Assembly (NCBI GenBank): GCA_963675595.2
Contig: CAXXLZ010000002.1
Span: 1,952,001-2,016,000, forward strand
DNA from: Thermodesulfobacteriota bacterium
Lineage (GTDB): Bacteria; Desulfobacterota; Desulfarculia; JACQYL01
Reading direction: 5' to 3'
Length of the DNA: 64,000 nt
Translations under genes and position numbers: made by a program
Shown here: in pieces, positions 1 through 10,111 of the stretch
Numbering within the stretch: position 1 is the first letter of the stretch
How the letters are laid out: each line of letters opens with the position of its first letter
The notes under the pieces: generated by a model
Told to the model about the DNA's origin: nothing
Seen by the model: only the letters and a program-made list of their open reading frames with translations
Databases searched by the model: none

Positions 1-400
1 CGCTGCTGTAGCCATAGGCCGTGGCGATCGCCACGGCGATGAGCGTCATCATGCCCGGTTGGCCGGATTTCAGTTCGTCGAACAACCCCTTGAGAAAGGG
101 AAATCCGCCGTAGAAAAACACGAAGGAGGACAGGCCCCAAAGCAAATAGGCGTCTCCGGAAAACTTCAGGGACTCCCGGAGCCCGGCGAAACTTTGAAGC
201 ATGGGAGAAAGAAAAAGAATGGGGAGACTGACCGCAAGGGAAATCCGGAATCGCTTCCGAAAATCGGCCACCATGTGGGCATGATGGTCTTGATGGTGAC
301 CCTCATGTTCTCCGTGCTTCGCATGTTCGCCGCTCTCATGGCCGCTCCGCCGCTTCTTTTGCTCTTCTCCTTCATGGTGCTCATGTTGGGAATGGTTCAT
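1..400 (-). CDS. copB: Copper/heavy-metal P1B-type ATPase (CopB-like), N-terminal part; runs off the window start
   Basis: Not in the ORF track. Manual translation from ATG at 400 (RBS GAGGTG): MNHSQHEHHEGEEQKKRRSGHESGEHAKHGEHEGHHQDHHAHMVADFRKRF...FFYGGFPFLKG...PGMMTLIAVAIATAYGYS. The His-rich N-terminus and PGMMTL motif are typical of P1B-3 ATPases. Confidence 0.85.
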   Translation of the reverse strand, partial: MNHSQHEHHEGEEQKKRRSGHESGEHAKHGEHEGHHQDHHAHMVADFRKRFRISLAVSLPILFLSPMLQSFAGLRESLKFSGDAYLLWGLSSFVFFYGGFPFLKGLFDELKSGQPGMMTLIAVAIATAYGYSS

Positions 401-403
401 GTT

Positions 404-1417
404 TCACCTCTTATCTCTTGCTATGGATTCCCCTGCCCTTCCGCCGGAAACGGTTTCAGTTCCGCCCGCAGGCCATTCCAATTGAACGGTGGCGTGTTCG
501 ATACCGAACCGCTCCTTCAAATGATGTTTTATCAGGGGTAACAGGCGGCGGGGGTCCGAGCCTTCCGACACGTCCACGTGAAGGGTCAGGAGAGGTGGTT
601 GTTCGGGCGTGAGCACCCAGGCATGAATGTGGTGCACGTCCGTGACGTCCTCCACCGCATCCACCAGAGAGTCTCGTATAGCCCGCGTTTCAAAGGTTTC
701 CGGGGTTCCTTCCATGAGGACGTGCGCCGATTTGCCGACGATTTTCCACGCACTCCGTGCGATCAACAGACCCACGAAGACCGATAAAAGTGGGTCCGCC
801 GGATACCATCCGGTGGCCAAAATGATGCTGGACGCCGCAATGGCCGCGATGGAGCCCATCAGGTCGGCAAGAACGTGAAGCAAGGCGCCCTGCAGGTTCA
901 GATTTTCGCGACTTCCTCGCCGAAGTACGGCAAAAACGATCAGATTGACCGCCAGCCCGGCGAAAGCCGTTCCCATCATGAGGCCGCCCAGGACCTCGAT
1001 GGGCTTCATGATCCGCTGAACCGCCTCGATGAAGATCCATCCCGATACCGCGAATAAAACCAACCCGTTGACAAAGGCCGCCAAAACCTGGGCTCGGTGG
1101 TACCCATAGCTTCTTGACTCGTCCGGCCGACGACGAGACAATCGGTAGGCCGCCAAAGCGATCCCCAAAGAGGCGGTATCCGTCAGCATATGCCCGGCAT
1201 CGGCCAGCAGGGCGAGGGAACCGGAGATCAAGCCTCCAGCGGTTTCCACAAGCATGAACCCGCCGGTGAGCGCCAGTGCCCATTTGATCCGGACCGCAAA
1301 TCGATTTTCCGAATCCATGGAGTGGTCGGAATGGCCCTCCGAAGTGCCCCTTTCACGGGGCCGAGGGCCCTCGGCTACGGGACAATCCGCTTTTCGACGA
1401 CTAAGGTTCTTCGCCAT
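404..1417 (-). CDS. Cation diffusion facilitator (CzcD/ZitB-like Zn/Co/Cd exporter)
   Basis: SLALLADAGHMLTD, YGYHRAQVLAA, GALLHVLAD and HHIHAW motifs; 6 TM segments. Confidence 0.93.
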   Translation of the reverse strand: MAKNLSRRKADCPVAEGPRPRERGTSEGHSDHSMDSENRFAVRIKWALALTGGFMLVETAGGLISGSLALLADAGHMLTDTASLGIALAAYRLSRRRPDESRSYGYHRAQVLAAFVNGLVLFAVSGWIFIEAVQRIMKPIEVLGGLMMGTAFAGLAVNLIVFAVLRRGSRENLNLQGALLHVLADLMGSIAAIAASSIILATGWYPADPLLSVFVGLLIARSAWKIVGKSAHVLMEGTPETFETRAIRDSLVDAVEDVTDVHHIHAWVLTPEQPPLLTLHVDVSEGSDPRRLLPLIKHHLKERFGIEHATVQLEWPAGGTETVSGGRAGESIARDKR

Positions 1418-1803
1418 ACGCCCCTCTCATCCGTGCGGCCGAGATACCCCTCAGCCCATCGGGAAACACCGGGTTTGCGTGCCGTCGAGCCGACGGTGTA
1501 GACTCTCCAACGAGGTTCCCAAGAGCCCGCATCGAATTCCCTTTTTCGACTATACGATTCGTGTCCTGCATTGTTCGAATAAAGAAAGTCCGCTACCGCC
1601 CATCAAGGGGACACGGTTTGGAGTACTCCGCAAGACACGGGAATTCTCTTCAATGCATGACAACGAGAACCGTCGTTTCCGACCGGCTTAAGGATCGGAG
1701 GAGCCGGAGAATGAACAAAGCGCGGGTTGGCGGCGATTAGGGGATAAGCATAGCCGTACTCCTTCCCGTTACCCATCGGGTGGGGAGTGTAAAACGCGAA
1801 AGG

Positions 1804-2880
1804 ATGACGGGTAGCCCCGTGGCAAATCAGACAAAAAGAGCCAGGCTTATGATCGTCGTCACGACGGTGTGCGTTATCAGCGGCCTCCACGTTGCCACCA
1901 AGCTGGGAATGACGCATTGGCACATCCTTTTTCGCGAGCTTTACTATCTTCCCATTATCCTTTCCGGACTCTGGTTCGGACTGAAAGGCGCGCTCGCCAC
2001 CTCCCTGAGTATTACGGCAGTGTATCTCCCGTTTTCCTTGTTGGTTTCAGACGTCTTTTCCTCACCCTTTTTCAACAACTTGATGGAAATGGTTCTCTAC
2101 AACGTAATGGCCGTGGTGCTGGGGCTTCTGTCGGACCGGGAAAAGGAACATCATAAGAAGATTCTGGATCTCGAGAGACTCGCGGCGATGGGAAAAGCCG
2201 TCTCCGCCGTGGCGCACGATTTCAGAGCACCCCTCATGGCTGTCGGAGGCTTCACCCTCTCCGTCCTGAAAAAGCTCGACCGGGAAGACCCCTCATACCG
2301 GAAATTGGAAATCGTGGTGAACGAAACCAGGCGCCTGGAAAACATGATCCGAGAGATGCTGGACTTCGCGAGACCCGTTGAACTTCACTGTAGAGCGGAA
2401 AGTGTGAACAACGTGATCATGGAATGCGTTTCCCTTTTGCAGACGCTTGCGGAGGAGCACATGGTGGCGTTTCACCTCGAACTCAACGACGGCATCGCTC
2501 CGTTTCATTTCGATCCCGAAAGAGTCAAACAAGCGCTGATCAACCTGATGGTCAACGGCATTCAGGCATCGCCGCAAAAAGGTTTCGTACTCATTGGAAC
2601 CTCGATGCTCGAAGACCATGTTCTGGTGGAAATCAGCGACTCGGGTCCGGGCGTACCGGCGGAGAAAAGGGAGGAAATTTTCCAGCCTTTCGTTACCAAC
2701 AAGAAGGGCGGTACCGGACTCGGCCTTCCCATCGTGAAGAACATTTTGGATTCGCATGGGGGGAAAATTGAGTTGTCCGAAAGCCGATGCGGCGGGGCGA
2801 GCTTTCGGTTGTTTCTTCCCAGGAGAGAAGCCGTGGACACGGCCTCGGCGTCCGGAGTTGCTCCGGACGGCCCGGAATGA
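1804..2880 (+). CDS. Membrane sensor histidine kinase (4-TM N-terminus, HisKA, HATPase)
   Basis: H-box AHDFRAPL, N-box QALINLMVNG, DSGPG, FQPF, GGTGLGL. Start could be 1780 (GTG) or 1804 (ATG). Confidence 0.9.
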   Translation: MTGSPVANQTKRARLMIVVTTVCVISGLHVATKLGMTHWHILFRELYYLPIILSGLWFGLKGALATSLSITAVYLPFSLLVSDVFSSPFFNNLMEMVLYNVMAVVLGLLSDREKEHHKKILDLERLAAMGKAVSAVAHDFRAPLMAVGGFTLSVLKKLDREDPSYRKLEIVVNETRRLENMIREMLDFARPVELHCRAESVNNVIMECVSLLQTLAEEHMVAFHLELNDGIAPFHFDPERVKQALINLMVNGIQASPQKGFVLIGTSMLEDHVLVEISDSGPGVPAEKREEIFQPFVTNKKGGTGLGLPIVKNILDSHGGKIELSESRCGGASFRLFLPRREAVDTASASGVAPDGPE

Positions 2881-2990
2881 TTTTCCCGCAGGAAGACCGT
2901 TGGACTGCAGAGGGGAGGTGCATGGGCCGGCCCGACCCGCCGGCCCGAAGGCTCCGAAAGTCCGGTATTTCGCTTCCGGGAAGGTCCTGT

Positions 2991-3392
2991 TTATCTCACA
3001 AAAATATGCAGGGTGTCTTCCCCACTTTCGACTCGAAAAACGGGCACCGGCTTCTTGGCCGCGCCGGAGAGGAATTTCCCCTCATAGTCGTATTCGGACT
3101 TACCCACACTGCAGCATTGTACTGAGTGCCGTCCGGGTAAGGGGTCCAGGCGACGACCGCCCACGTGGGCGCATTTGTTGCGGAAGGCATGGAAAGCGCC
3201 GTCCTCCCCGTGGACCACGAGTACACGTTCGGGCAGCCCCTTGCCCTCCAGGCGAACCGCTCCCCCTTTGGGAATCAGCTCGGGGGCCTTGTTGAGATCG
3301 ATCTCCACCCGGCCGTTTTGATACCGCCACGCAGAATCCACCGACGGGACCTTTGTGCTGCAGATTCCCAAAATCCTCGAAAAGAACCCCAT
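2991..3392 (-). CDS. Rieske-like (2Fe-2S) ferredoxin domain protein with a non-canonical second ligand motif
   Basis: ATG at 3392 with AAGGAG RBS; FHAFRNKCAH...VQCCSVGKSEYDYEGKFLSGAA...FRV follows the Rieske pattern. Confidence 0.75.
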   Translation of the reverse strand: MGFFSRILGICSTKVPSVDSAWRYQNGRVEIDLNKAPELIPKGGAVRLEGKGLPERVLVVHGEDGAFHAFRNKCAHVGGRRLDPLPGRHSVQCCSVGKSEYDYEGKFLSGAAKKPVPVFRVESGEDTLHIFVR

Positions 3393-3532
3393 AGCCGACT
3401 CCTTCTGAGCATGTTGTTTCCGAATCTCTTCTTGCGGGACACGTAAGTTAAAAAACCGGTGGAGCAATGTTTAGCGCTTCAAGCGCCCCCAAAGAGCGCT
3501 CTCGGCAGTGATGCCGGCCCCCTCGGCCGCTT

Positions 3533-4435
3533 TCAAACCGCACGATAGACGGTTTCGCCGCTTCCGCCGTCCGTTACGACCAGCCCTTCATCGATGAGTT
3601 CCCGCAGCAAATGACGGATCATCCACTTCTCGAAATTCCGCTGTACTTGCAGAACGGGAAAGGAATTGTTGTAAATGGGAGAAATATCGAGCAATCGACG
3701 CTCGGTCATGTCTTCCGTCAGCGATTCCAGCAATTTTTGTCGCTGTCGTTCGATACCCTTTTCGTAGTCCTCCAAGGCCTCGGGGATGTTCTCGGCAATG
3801 GGAGGTTTGTGAGAGGAAAGGGCAACGGACGCATTCAGCCGACTCACGCGCCTGATGGATTCACGGAAGTCCCGAAGGCTGGATTCCCTGTGTCCATACC
3901 AGGGTCCGAAATTGCTGAGATCGAGATCGGACAGAAACAAGACGCGCCGTTCCTCCTCCCAAAAGCAGTAGTGATCGATGCAATGCCCGGGAGTGTAAAC
4001 AGCCTCCAGTTTGGCCGTCCCCGTATCGAAGACGTGACCGTGGCCGTAGCGAAAACTTGGCTTTTCCGGGGGACGAAAGCCCATGACCGAAGACACGAAG
4101 CCTTGCCACACGCGCCCCGTCTCCCCACCATCCAGGAAACGCTCCGCCAAAGAATCGAAATCATGCACTCCGGGAGGGGTTTCCACCGGAAACCACGTGC
4201 CCGTTTCTCGAAAAACGCGACTGCAGGACATGTGGTCCGGGTGGGAATGAGAGTGGACCACGATGTCGATCCGAATGTCTCGCTTCAGCGCCTTCAATCG
4301 CTCCAAGCCGCATCCCGTATCGACGAGGACCGTTGGGTCGCCCCTGACCAGCAGGCTGTGCGAATAAGGAAACCGGCCTTCTTTGTCACCCGGAACCAGG
4401 AAAATATCGTCCACGACTTCATGCAATTCCAACAA
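3533..4435 (-). CDS. MBL-fold metallo-hydrolase
   Basis: VDTG, HSHSHPDH, TPGH, SD and SSH motifs. Confidence 0.88.
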   Translation of the reverse strand: MLELHEVVDDIFLVPGDKEGRFPYSHSLLVRGDPTVLVDTGCGLERLKALKRDIRIDIVVHSHSHPDHMSCSRVFRETGTWFPVETPPGVHDFDSLAERFLDGGETGRVWQGFVSSVMGFRPPEKPSFRYGHGHVFDTGTAKLEAVYTPGHCIDHYCFWEEERRVLFLSDLDLSNFGPWYGHRESSLRDFRESIRRVSRLNASVALSSHKPPIAENIPEALEDYEKGIERQRQKLLESLTEDMTERRLLDISPIYNNSFPVLQVQRNFEKWMIRHLLRELIDEGLVVTDGGSGETVYRAV

Positions 4436-4494
4436 ACCGGAGGCTCCCGTTCAGCGGTTAACCGACAATGCCCTCTTTCAATGCTCCTCTTGGC

Positions 4495-6156
4495 CTACTC
4501 TTCGGTGGTGGAGAACAGTTCCCGCACGACGGATTGGTGAATCTTTTCTTTCCGGTTTCCGAACAATCGGGTGTTCACCTTTGCCTCTTCTTTTACCTCT
4601 TCCATGACGTAACGCAACAGAACTCGATCCCGGTCCTGTATGCGGTCCTTTTCGGCCTGGGAAGATAGTCGTGCGAGCACGGCAAAAAGCCCGTAGGTCG
4701 CCGTGCTCAGCCTGGTGATTCGCCTGAGGAGAAACTGGCGCTCTCCGATATGCTTCCCATGAACCAAGGCGCCCAGGCATAGCATTTTCTTCAGCGTCTT
4801 GGCGTTGGAGCGTGCGAGCCGAAACGCCTTTCGCAGTTCCCGATCCGCGAACCGTGACGGACGGAAGGCCCGCCTGTACGCGACCTTGAGCAGTTGCAGC
4901 GCTTTCGAAAAGAAGCCTTTTCCCTGCTCCCGCATCTTGTGGTCGAATTTCCTCAGGATGAAAAGCGGGGGGTAGATGGAATGAATTTCCGTGGTGCCCT
5001 CGAACACTGTGGCCACACGCATGTCCCTCAGCCTCTTTTCGTAGGGCTGCGTAGACAGGTAACCCGCTCCTCCGGCCACCTGTTGCGCGTCGTACAGCGT
5101 GTCCCAGGCTCGGGTGGTGCCGTAAAGTTTGCAGTGCGATGTTTCCACCGCCAGATCCAGCTTAGGCTGTTTCTCCAGCAGTTCCGCCGTGAAGTCGTTC
5201 ATTGCGGTACACACGAAGCTCCGAACTCGGGCCTGAACCAGCTTTTCCTGGATCAGCGGGAATTCCTTGATGGGACGTCCGAATTGGATCCTCGTTTCGG
5301 CCCGCTTCTTCATATCCTCCAAGGACTGGTCCATAAGGCCCGCCGAGGCCGCACCGAGTTTCAAGCGCCCGTAGTTGAGGATGGTCATGGCGATTTTGAA
5401 GCCCTCCCCCGGTTTTCCCACGAGATTCTCGGCCGGTACGCGCACATCCTTCAATTGGATGGACGCCGTGGAAGAAGCCTTCAGTCCCATTTTGGGCATA
5501 TCCGCACCGACCTCGACCCCTTCCCAATCACGATGGACGATGAACACCCCCATGTGTCCGGGTTTTTCGGGGTCCATCTGCGCGAAGATAGTGAACGCTT
5601 GGGCATAGTTGGCGTTGGTGATGTACGTCTTGCGACCGTTCAGGACGTAGTGAGTGCCTTCCTTGGACAATTCGGCGGTAGTCTCGATGTTTCTCGCGTC
5701 GGAACCTCGATCGGGTTCGGTAAGGCCGAAGCCGAGGATCATTCTCCCAATCGCGGCGGGTCTGAGGTATCGCTCCTTTTGGGCTTCATCGGCAAACAGC
5801 AGAAGCACTTTGCCGGCAAGGGAGGTATGGGCCATAAACACCAAGGCGGTGGACAGGTCCAGCTTCACCGCCTCCTCGATGAATTCCAGGTACTCCCGCA
5901 GATTGAAGCCCAATCCGCCGTAGATGATCGGCACGTTGATGCCGAAAAAACCCATCCTTCCCATCTCATCAAGCATTTCCGATGGAAGCCGACCCTCCTT
6001 TTCGAATCGGTCGGGATCATGCGTCTTCAACATGGTTCGATATTCGTTCAGGAGTTTTTCGAGCCTTGCCGAGGGTTCTCTCAGACGAAACGAGCGAAAC
6101 ACCTCTTCATTGAAAACTCCGAAATACAGGTCTTCCATGAAATAGGAAGAAGACAT
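4495..6156 (-). CDS. Acyl-CoA dehydrogenase with C-terminal extension (ACAD9/VLCAD-like length)
   Basis: FGLTEPDRGSD, LNGRKTYITN, KMGLKAS, RIQFGRPI, GGAGY, FEGTTEI. Confidence 0.93.
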   Translation of the reverse strand: MSSSYFMEDLYFGVFNEEVFRSFRLREPSARLEKLLNEYRTMLKTHDPDRFEKEGRLPSEMLDEMGRMGFFGINVPIIYGGLGFNLREYLEFIEEAVKLDLSTALVFMAHTSLAGKVLLLFADEAQKERYLRPAAIGRMILGFGLTEPDRGSDARNIETTAELSKEGTHYVLNGRKTYITNANYAQAFTIFAQMDPEKPGHMGVFIVHRDWEGVEVGADMPKMGLKASSTASIQLKDVRVPAENLVGKPGEGFKIAMTILNYGRLKLGAASAGLMDQSLEDMKKRAETRIQFGRPIKEFPLIQEKLVQARVRSFVCTAMNDFTAELLEKQPKLDLAVETSHCKLYGTTRAWDTLYDAQQVAGGAGYLSTQPYEKRLRDMRVATVFEGTTEIHSIYPPLFILRKFDHKMREQGKGFFSKALQLLKVAYRRAFRPSRFADRELRKAFRLARSNAKTLKKMLCLGALVHGKHIGERQFLLRRITRLSTATYGLFAVLARLSSQAEKDRIQDRDRVLLRYVMEEVKEEAKVNTRLFGNRKEKIHQSVVRELFSTTEE

Positions 6157-6196
6157 GGTCGACGCTCCTTGCGGTTCCTATCTCTCTTTCGTGGGC

Positions 6197-7318
6197 TCAC
6201 AAATCCAAGGTTCCATCAGACTTAAAAAACAGGGTACGACCGTGATCCAGATGGATCAAGCGGTCTCCCATGGCTTTTTCTTCCATTTCACGACGCATCA
6301 GCAGGGGGGGGTAATGAACGGGTTCATCGCCCAGCCGGAAGGTACCCCAATGTACGATGGTCATGAAGGAGGCGCCGAGGTCTCTGAAAGCCGTTGCCGT
6401 TTCAGCGGGGTTCATGTGGCTTCCCGACATGAACCATCGGGGTTCGAACGCTCCCAGGTTGAACACCGCCAAATCTATGGGAGCCTGCCTCCCCAGCTCT
6501 TGATACCCATCAAAATACGCCGCGTCTCCAGAGATGAAAACCGTCGGACCGGCGGCGGTCTGAAGCAGGAATGATCCCCAAAGAGAATCGTTGGGGCCGT
6601 TCAAGGGGTTTCGCATGGTCCAATGACTGCAGGGAAGCAGCGTAACCTTTCTTCCATCGTTGCCGTAGGAATCGAACCAATCCAACCGGGTTCGATTTTC
6701 CATGGAAAGGTCGTGAAACACCGGGTCGTAGCCCAAAGGACTGATCACGTGGGTGGACGGGGACATCCGCTTCAGCGATGCCGTGTCGAGATGATCGAAA
6801 TGCCCGTGGGTGATCAGAATATGATCCGGAATCGGCATTTCATCGAGGTTGAATGCCAACGGAGTGAAGTCCTTGACGAATCCGAAGGGTCCTTGAAACA
6901 CCGGGTCCACCAGGAAGCCGCAATCTCCGTCTTTGATGAACAAACAAGAGTGCTTAACAAAGGTGACGCTCAACCCCTTGTGTTGGTTGACCCGGTTCCA
7001 GTCCACCCGGACCTGTTTCACGGACTCATCGTTATAGAATTCCTTGAACTCATTCTTGTTGAGCAGCTTCCACCGGAGTAATCGCCACAGGTTGCCATAG
7101 GTCTGGTTCGAGAAAGGATTGACGAACCGATTACCGGAATGGTGGAGCTTTCGCTCCGCCGCTTCGCGCAAGTTCATGGGAAGCGTCTTTACGAAAGGGT
7201 TGCCGCCCGGAGACGGATCGAGAGTCCCCTGGACGAAGTTCGAGGAAAAGGCCAACGGCGCCAGACAACTTTGAAAGGTTGCGGCCATGAGTGTGGTGAG
7301 AAAAGAGCGACGTTTCAT
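6197..7318 (-). CDS. Exported MBL-fold hydrolase, NAPE-PLD/RomA-like, with Tat-type signal
   Basis: MKRRSFL signal; THGHFDHLD, HWTMR, SGD, SHMNP, HWGTF. Confidence 0.85.
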   Translation of the reverse strand: MKRRSFLTTLMAATFQSCLAPLAFSSNFVQGTLDPSPGGNPFVKTLPMNLREAAERKLHHSGNRFVNPFSNQTYGNLWRLLRWKLLNKNEFKEFYNDESVKQVRVDWNRVNQHKGLSVTFVKHSCLFIKDGDCGFLVDPVFQGPFGFVKDFTPLAFNLDEMPIPDHILITHGHFDHLDTASLKRMSPSTHVISPLGYDPVFHDLSMENRTRLDWFDSYGNDGRKVTLLPCSHWTMRNPLNGPNDSLWGSFLLQTAAGPTVFISGDAAYFDGYQELGRQAPIDLAVFNLGAFEPRWFMSGSHMNPAETATAFRDLGASFMTIVHWGTFRLGDEPVHYPPLLMRREMEEKAMGDRLIHLDHGRTLFFKSDGTLDL

Positions 7319-7785
7319 TCTTAACCGTTTATGGGGTTTTGAGGGTATTTAGCGGATTTCACGACTTGAGGCAAGGGGAAGCCGGGCGTGGTCCATCCGG
7401 AACGAGCCCTGCTGAACTGCAGCGTGGAGCAAACCTGCGAGTCTGGAGAAGCGTTTCACGGATGGAGCAAAAGAACGATTCGTCCACCGGAGGAGGATTG
7501 TATTCCCTTTTTTCTCGGGGCAGCTCGTTCCGTGTACGCCGATCCTTGGGATCATCACCACCCGCGGATCACGGCTGTTATCCGTCCCGCGGCAACCGAC
7601 ATGGTTCCAATGGATTACCGGGAATGCCGTGCGGAATGACAATCAGGGAGGAAATGGGAAGAAGTGGAAGAGGAGCACCCCGGCACACCCTCCGTGGTCC
7701 GGGATGGTGCCGAACTCAAGATCGGAGCCGGCGGGGTCCGGGCCTTTTCACAGACCTCAAACCCACGCCGGGAATCGCCTCTCGG

Positions 7786-9867
7786 CTACTCCTCCAGCTC
7801 TTTGATCTGAGCGATCACCTTTTCCTGCATGGGGCCGGGCAGAGGATCATAATGATCCAATTCCAGCGTGAAGGTGCCTCGACCGCCTGTAATGGACGTC
7901 AGATCGGGCTGGTACTTAAGCACCTCGGACATGGGAACGTACGCGGTGATGACCTGGGTCGCGCCCTTGGCCTCCATACCCAGCACCTTTCCTCTGCGGC
8001 CGTTCAAGTCTCCGATCACATCTCCCATGAATTCGTCGGGAACGGTGATCTCCATCTTCATGATCGGCTCCAGCAGGATCGGGCCCGCCTCCTCCATGGC
8101 CTTTTTGAAGCACATGGACGCAGCGATCTTGAAAGCCATTTCCGAGGAGTCCACTTCATGCGACTTGCCGTCATAGAATCGAATCTTGAAATCCACCACC
8201 GGAAAGCCCGCCAGGATCCCCTTGTTCTTGGATTCCTCGATACCTTTTTCCACCGCGGGGACGAAATTCCTGGGCACATTCATTCCCACCAGATTCTCGT
8301 GAAACTCGTATCCGTCACCTCTGGGCTTCGGCGAAATGTCGAAATGGACTTCGGCGAACTGACCTCGGCCTCCACTCTGTTTCTTGTGCCGATAAACAAT
8401 CCCCTTTATCTCCTTGGTCACGGTCTCGAGATAGGGAACTTTCGGCATGTTCAGAACGGCTTCCACTCCATATTTTCTCTGAAGTTTCTCACAGATGACC
8501 TCAAGGTGCATCTGACCGGTTCCATAAAGAAGGATCTCGTTGGTTCGGCTGTCACGCTCCAGCTTGAGGGTGGTATCTTCCTCGGTCAGTTTGGAGATTC
8601 CACTGAAAACCTTTTCCTCGTCTCCCTTGTTCTTTGCGGAGAGCGCATAGGCAATTGCGGCGGGCAGCGGCTCCACCGCCGGCAGGATCACGGGAGCGGA
8701 TTCGGCGCACAGGGAATCACCCGTACCCGTATCCTTGAGCTTGGCCACCGCCACGATTTCCCCGGGCACTACGGATTCGACGGCAGCCTGGTTCTTCCCC
8801 TCCAAGTACAACAACTGGCCGGCCTTTTCCTTCACCTCTTTGGAAGCATTGTAGAAGGTCGAGTCCGCCGCCAAGGTGCCGGAGACCACCCTGAAAACCG
8901 TCAGCTTGCCCGCGTAAGGGTCTGAAATCGTTTTGATGACGAGACCGGAAAAGGGCGCGGTTTCATCCGCGGGACGCTCCGCGGTTTCCCCTGTCTTAGG
9001 CTCTTTGCCCTGTGCCGGAGGTCGGTCCAGAGGAGACGGGAAACACTCCACGATCATGTCCAACAAAGGGTGTACGCCGATGTTTCGGCTCGCGCAGCCC
9101 GCGAAAACCGGCACAAAACGCCGCTCTCGTATCCCCACCTGAAGGCCGTGGGTCAGCTCCTCTTTGGTCAGTTCCTCACCTTCCAAGTACTTCTCGATGA
9201 GTTCATCGTCGGATTCCGCGATAAACTCGATCAGGGAATTCCGCAACTCCTCCACTTCATCCTGCATGTCGGCGGGTACGTCCTCAGTGGTGAACTTTCC
9301 GCTCTCATCATCGGAGTAGAGGTAGGCTTTCTTCTTGAAAACATCGACAACCCCTTTGAAATTCTGTTCAGCTCCGATGGGGATGGTCAAGGGGGCGCAC
9401 TTGACGGAGAAAACTTTGGCAATCTGTTCAACCACTTTGGAATAATCGGCCCGCTCCCGATCCATCTTATTAACGAAAACGGCTCTGGGAAGATTGATCT
9501 CGTCCGCGAAAGCCCACACTTTTTCGGTAGTCACCTTGACCCCGTCCGTGGCGTCCGCGAGCACGATCGCCGCGTCCGCACCCTGAAGAACGAGCTTGGT
9601 GTCACTAAGAAAGTTCACGTCACCGGGGGTATCGATGAGATGAACCAGGTGCTTTTTCCAATTGAAATGGTGAAAGGACGCGCTGATGGAAATCGACCGC
9701 TTCAGCTCTTCAGGCTCGAAGTCCATCAGAGCACTCCCCTGGTCCACCTTGCCAAGACGATTGGTCGCACCCGAATCAAAGAGCAGGGCCTCGGCCAACG
9801 ACGTTTTGCCGGAGCCTCCGTGAGCAATGATGGCGACACTTCTGATGCGCGATACCTTTTCACTCAT
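7786..9867 (-). CDS. fusA: Elongation factor G paralog (EF-G2 type)
   Basis: AHGGSGKT, DTPG, NKMD, HKKQSGGRGQF, VDSSEMAFK, ILLEP; ATG at 9867 with AGGAG RBS; not in the str operon. Confidence 0.93.
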   Translation of the reverse strand: MSEKVSRIRSVAIIAHGGSGKTSLAEALLFDSGATNRLGKVDQGSALMDFEPEELKRSISISASFHHFNWKKHLVHLIDTPGDVNFLSDTKLVLQGADAAIVLADATDGVKVTTEKVWAFADEINLPRAVFVNKMDRERADYSKVVEQIAKVFSVKCAPLTIPIGAEQNFKGVVDVFKKKAYLYSDDESGKFTTEDVPADMQDEVEELRNSLIEFIAESDDELIEKYLEGEELTKEELTHGLQVGIRERRFVPVFAGCASRNIGVHPLLDMIVECFPSPLDRPPAQGKEPKTGETAERPADETAPFSGLVIKTISDPYAGKLTVFRVVSGTLAADSTFYNASKEVKEKAGQLLYLEGKNQAAVESVVPGEIVAVAKLKDTGTGDSLCAESAPVILPAVEPLPAAIAYALSAKNKGDEEKVFSGISKLTEEDTTLKLERDSRTNEILLYGTGQMHLEVICEKLQRKYGVEAVLNMPKVPYLETVTKEIKGIVYRHKKQSGGRGQFAEVHFDISPKPRGDGYEFHENLVGMNVPRNFVPAVEKGIEESKNKGILAGFPVVDFKIRFYDGKSHEVDSSEMAFKIAASMCFKKAMEEAGPILLEPIMKMEITVPDEFMGDVIGDLNGRRGKVLGMEAKGATQVITAYVPMSEVLKYQPDLTSITGGRGTFTLELDHYDPLPGPMQEKVIAQIKELEE

Positions 9868-10111
9868 TCGAGTCACTCCTCTTTCAGGTGAAATAAAAGG
9901 ATTTAATTTAGAGAGGAGGTTGTTTTTAGTCAAGTATTTTTAGTCAAGTCAATTCTCCTTGCTCGGGCGTCCGTGTCCGGACGCCGTTTTCCCACTGCGG
10001 CTGCGCGCATCCGGAACGGGCCTTCGCTACCCGTGCTCACGTTGACACTCCGCCCACCGGTGCCTTACACTGGATGGATGATCAAGGGCCTATAATCTTA
10101 GAGGCGCCGAT

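Noticed and set aside
59-541. 160-aa plus-strand ORF
   Set aside because: Antisense shadow of the CopB N-terminus; its Met/Val-rich stretch is the complement of His codons
1711-1803. ATG with RBS in frame with the kinase but interrupted by TAG at 1738 (possible pyrrolysine or readthrough)
   Set aside because: The extension has no recognisable domain, downstream starts exist and no pyl genes are in the window; chance is the simpler explanation
7340-7780. Intergenic gap with short ORFs and a TGGATT...CGGAATGAC REP-like string near 7611-7640
   Set aside because: Single degenerate copy; ORFs lack RBS and motifs
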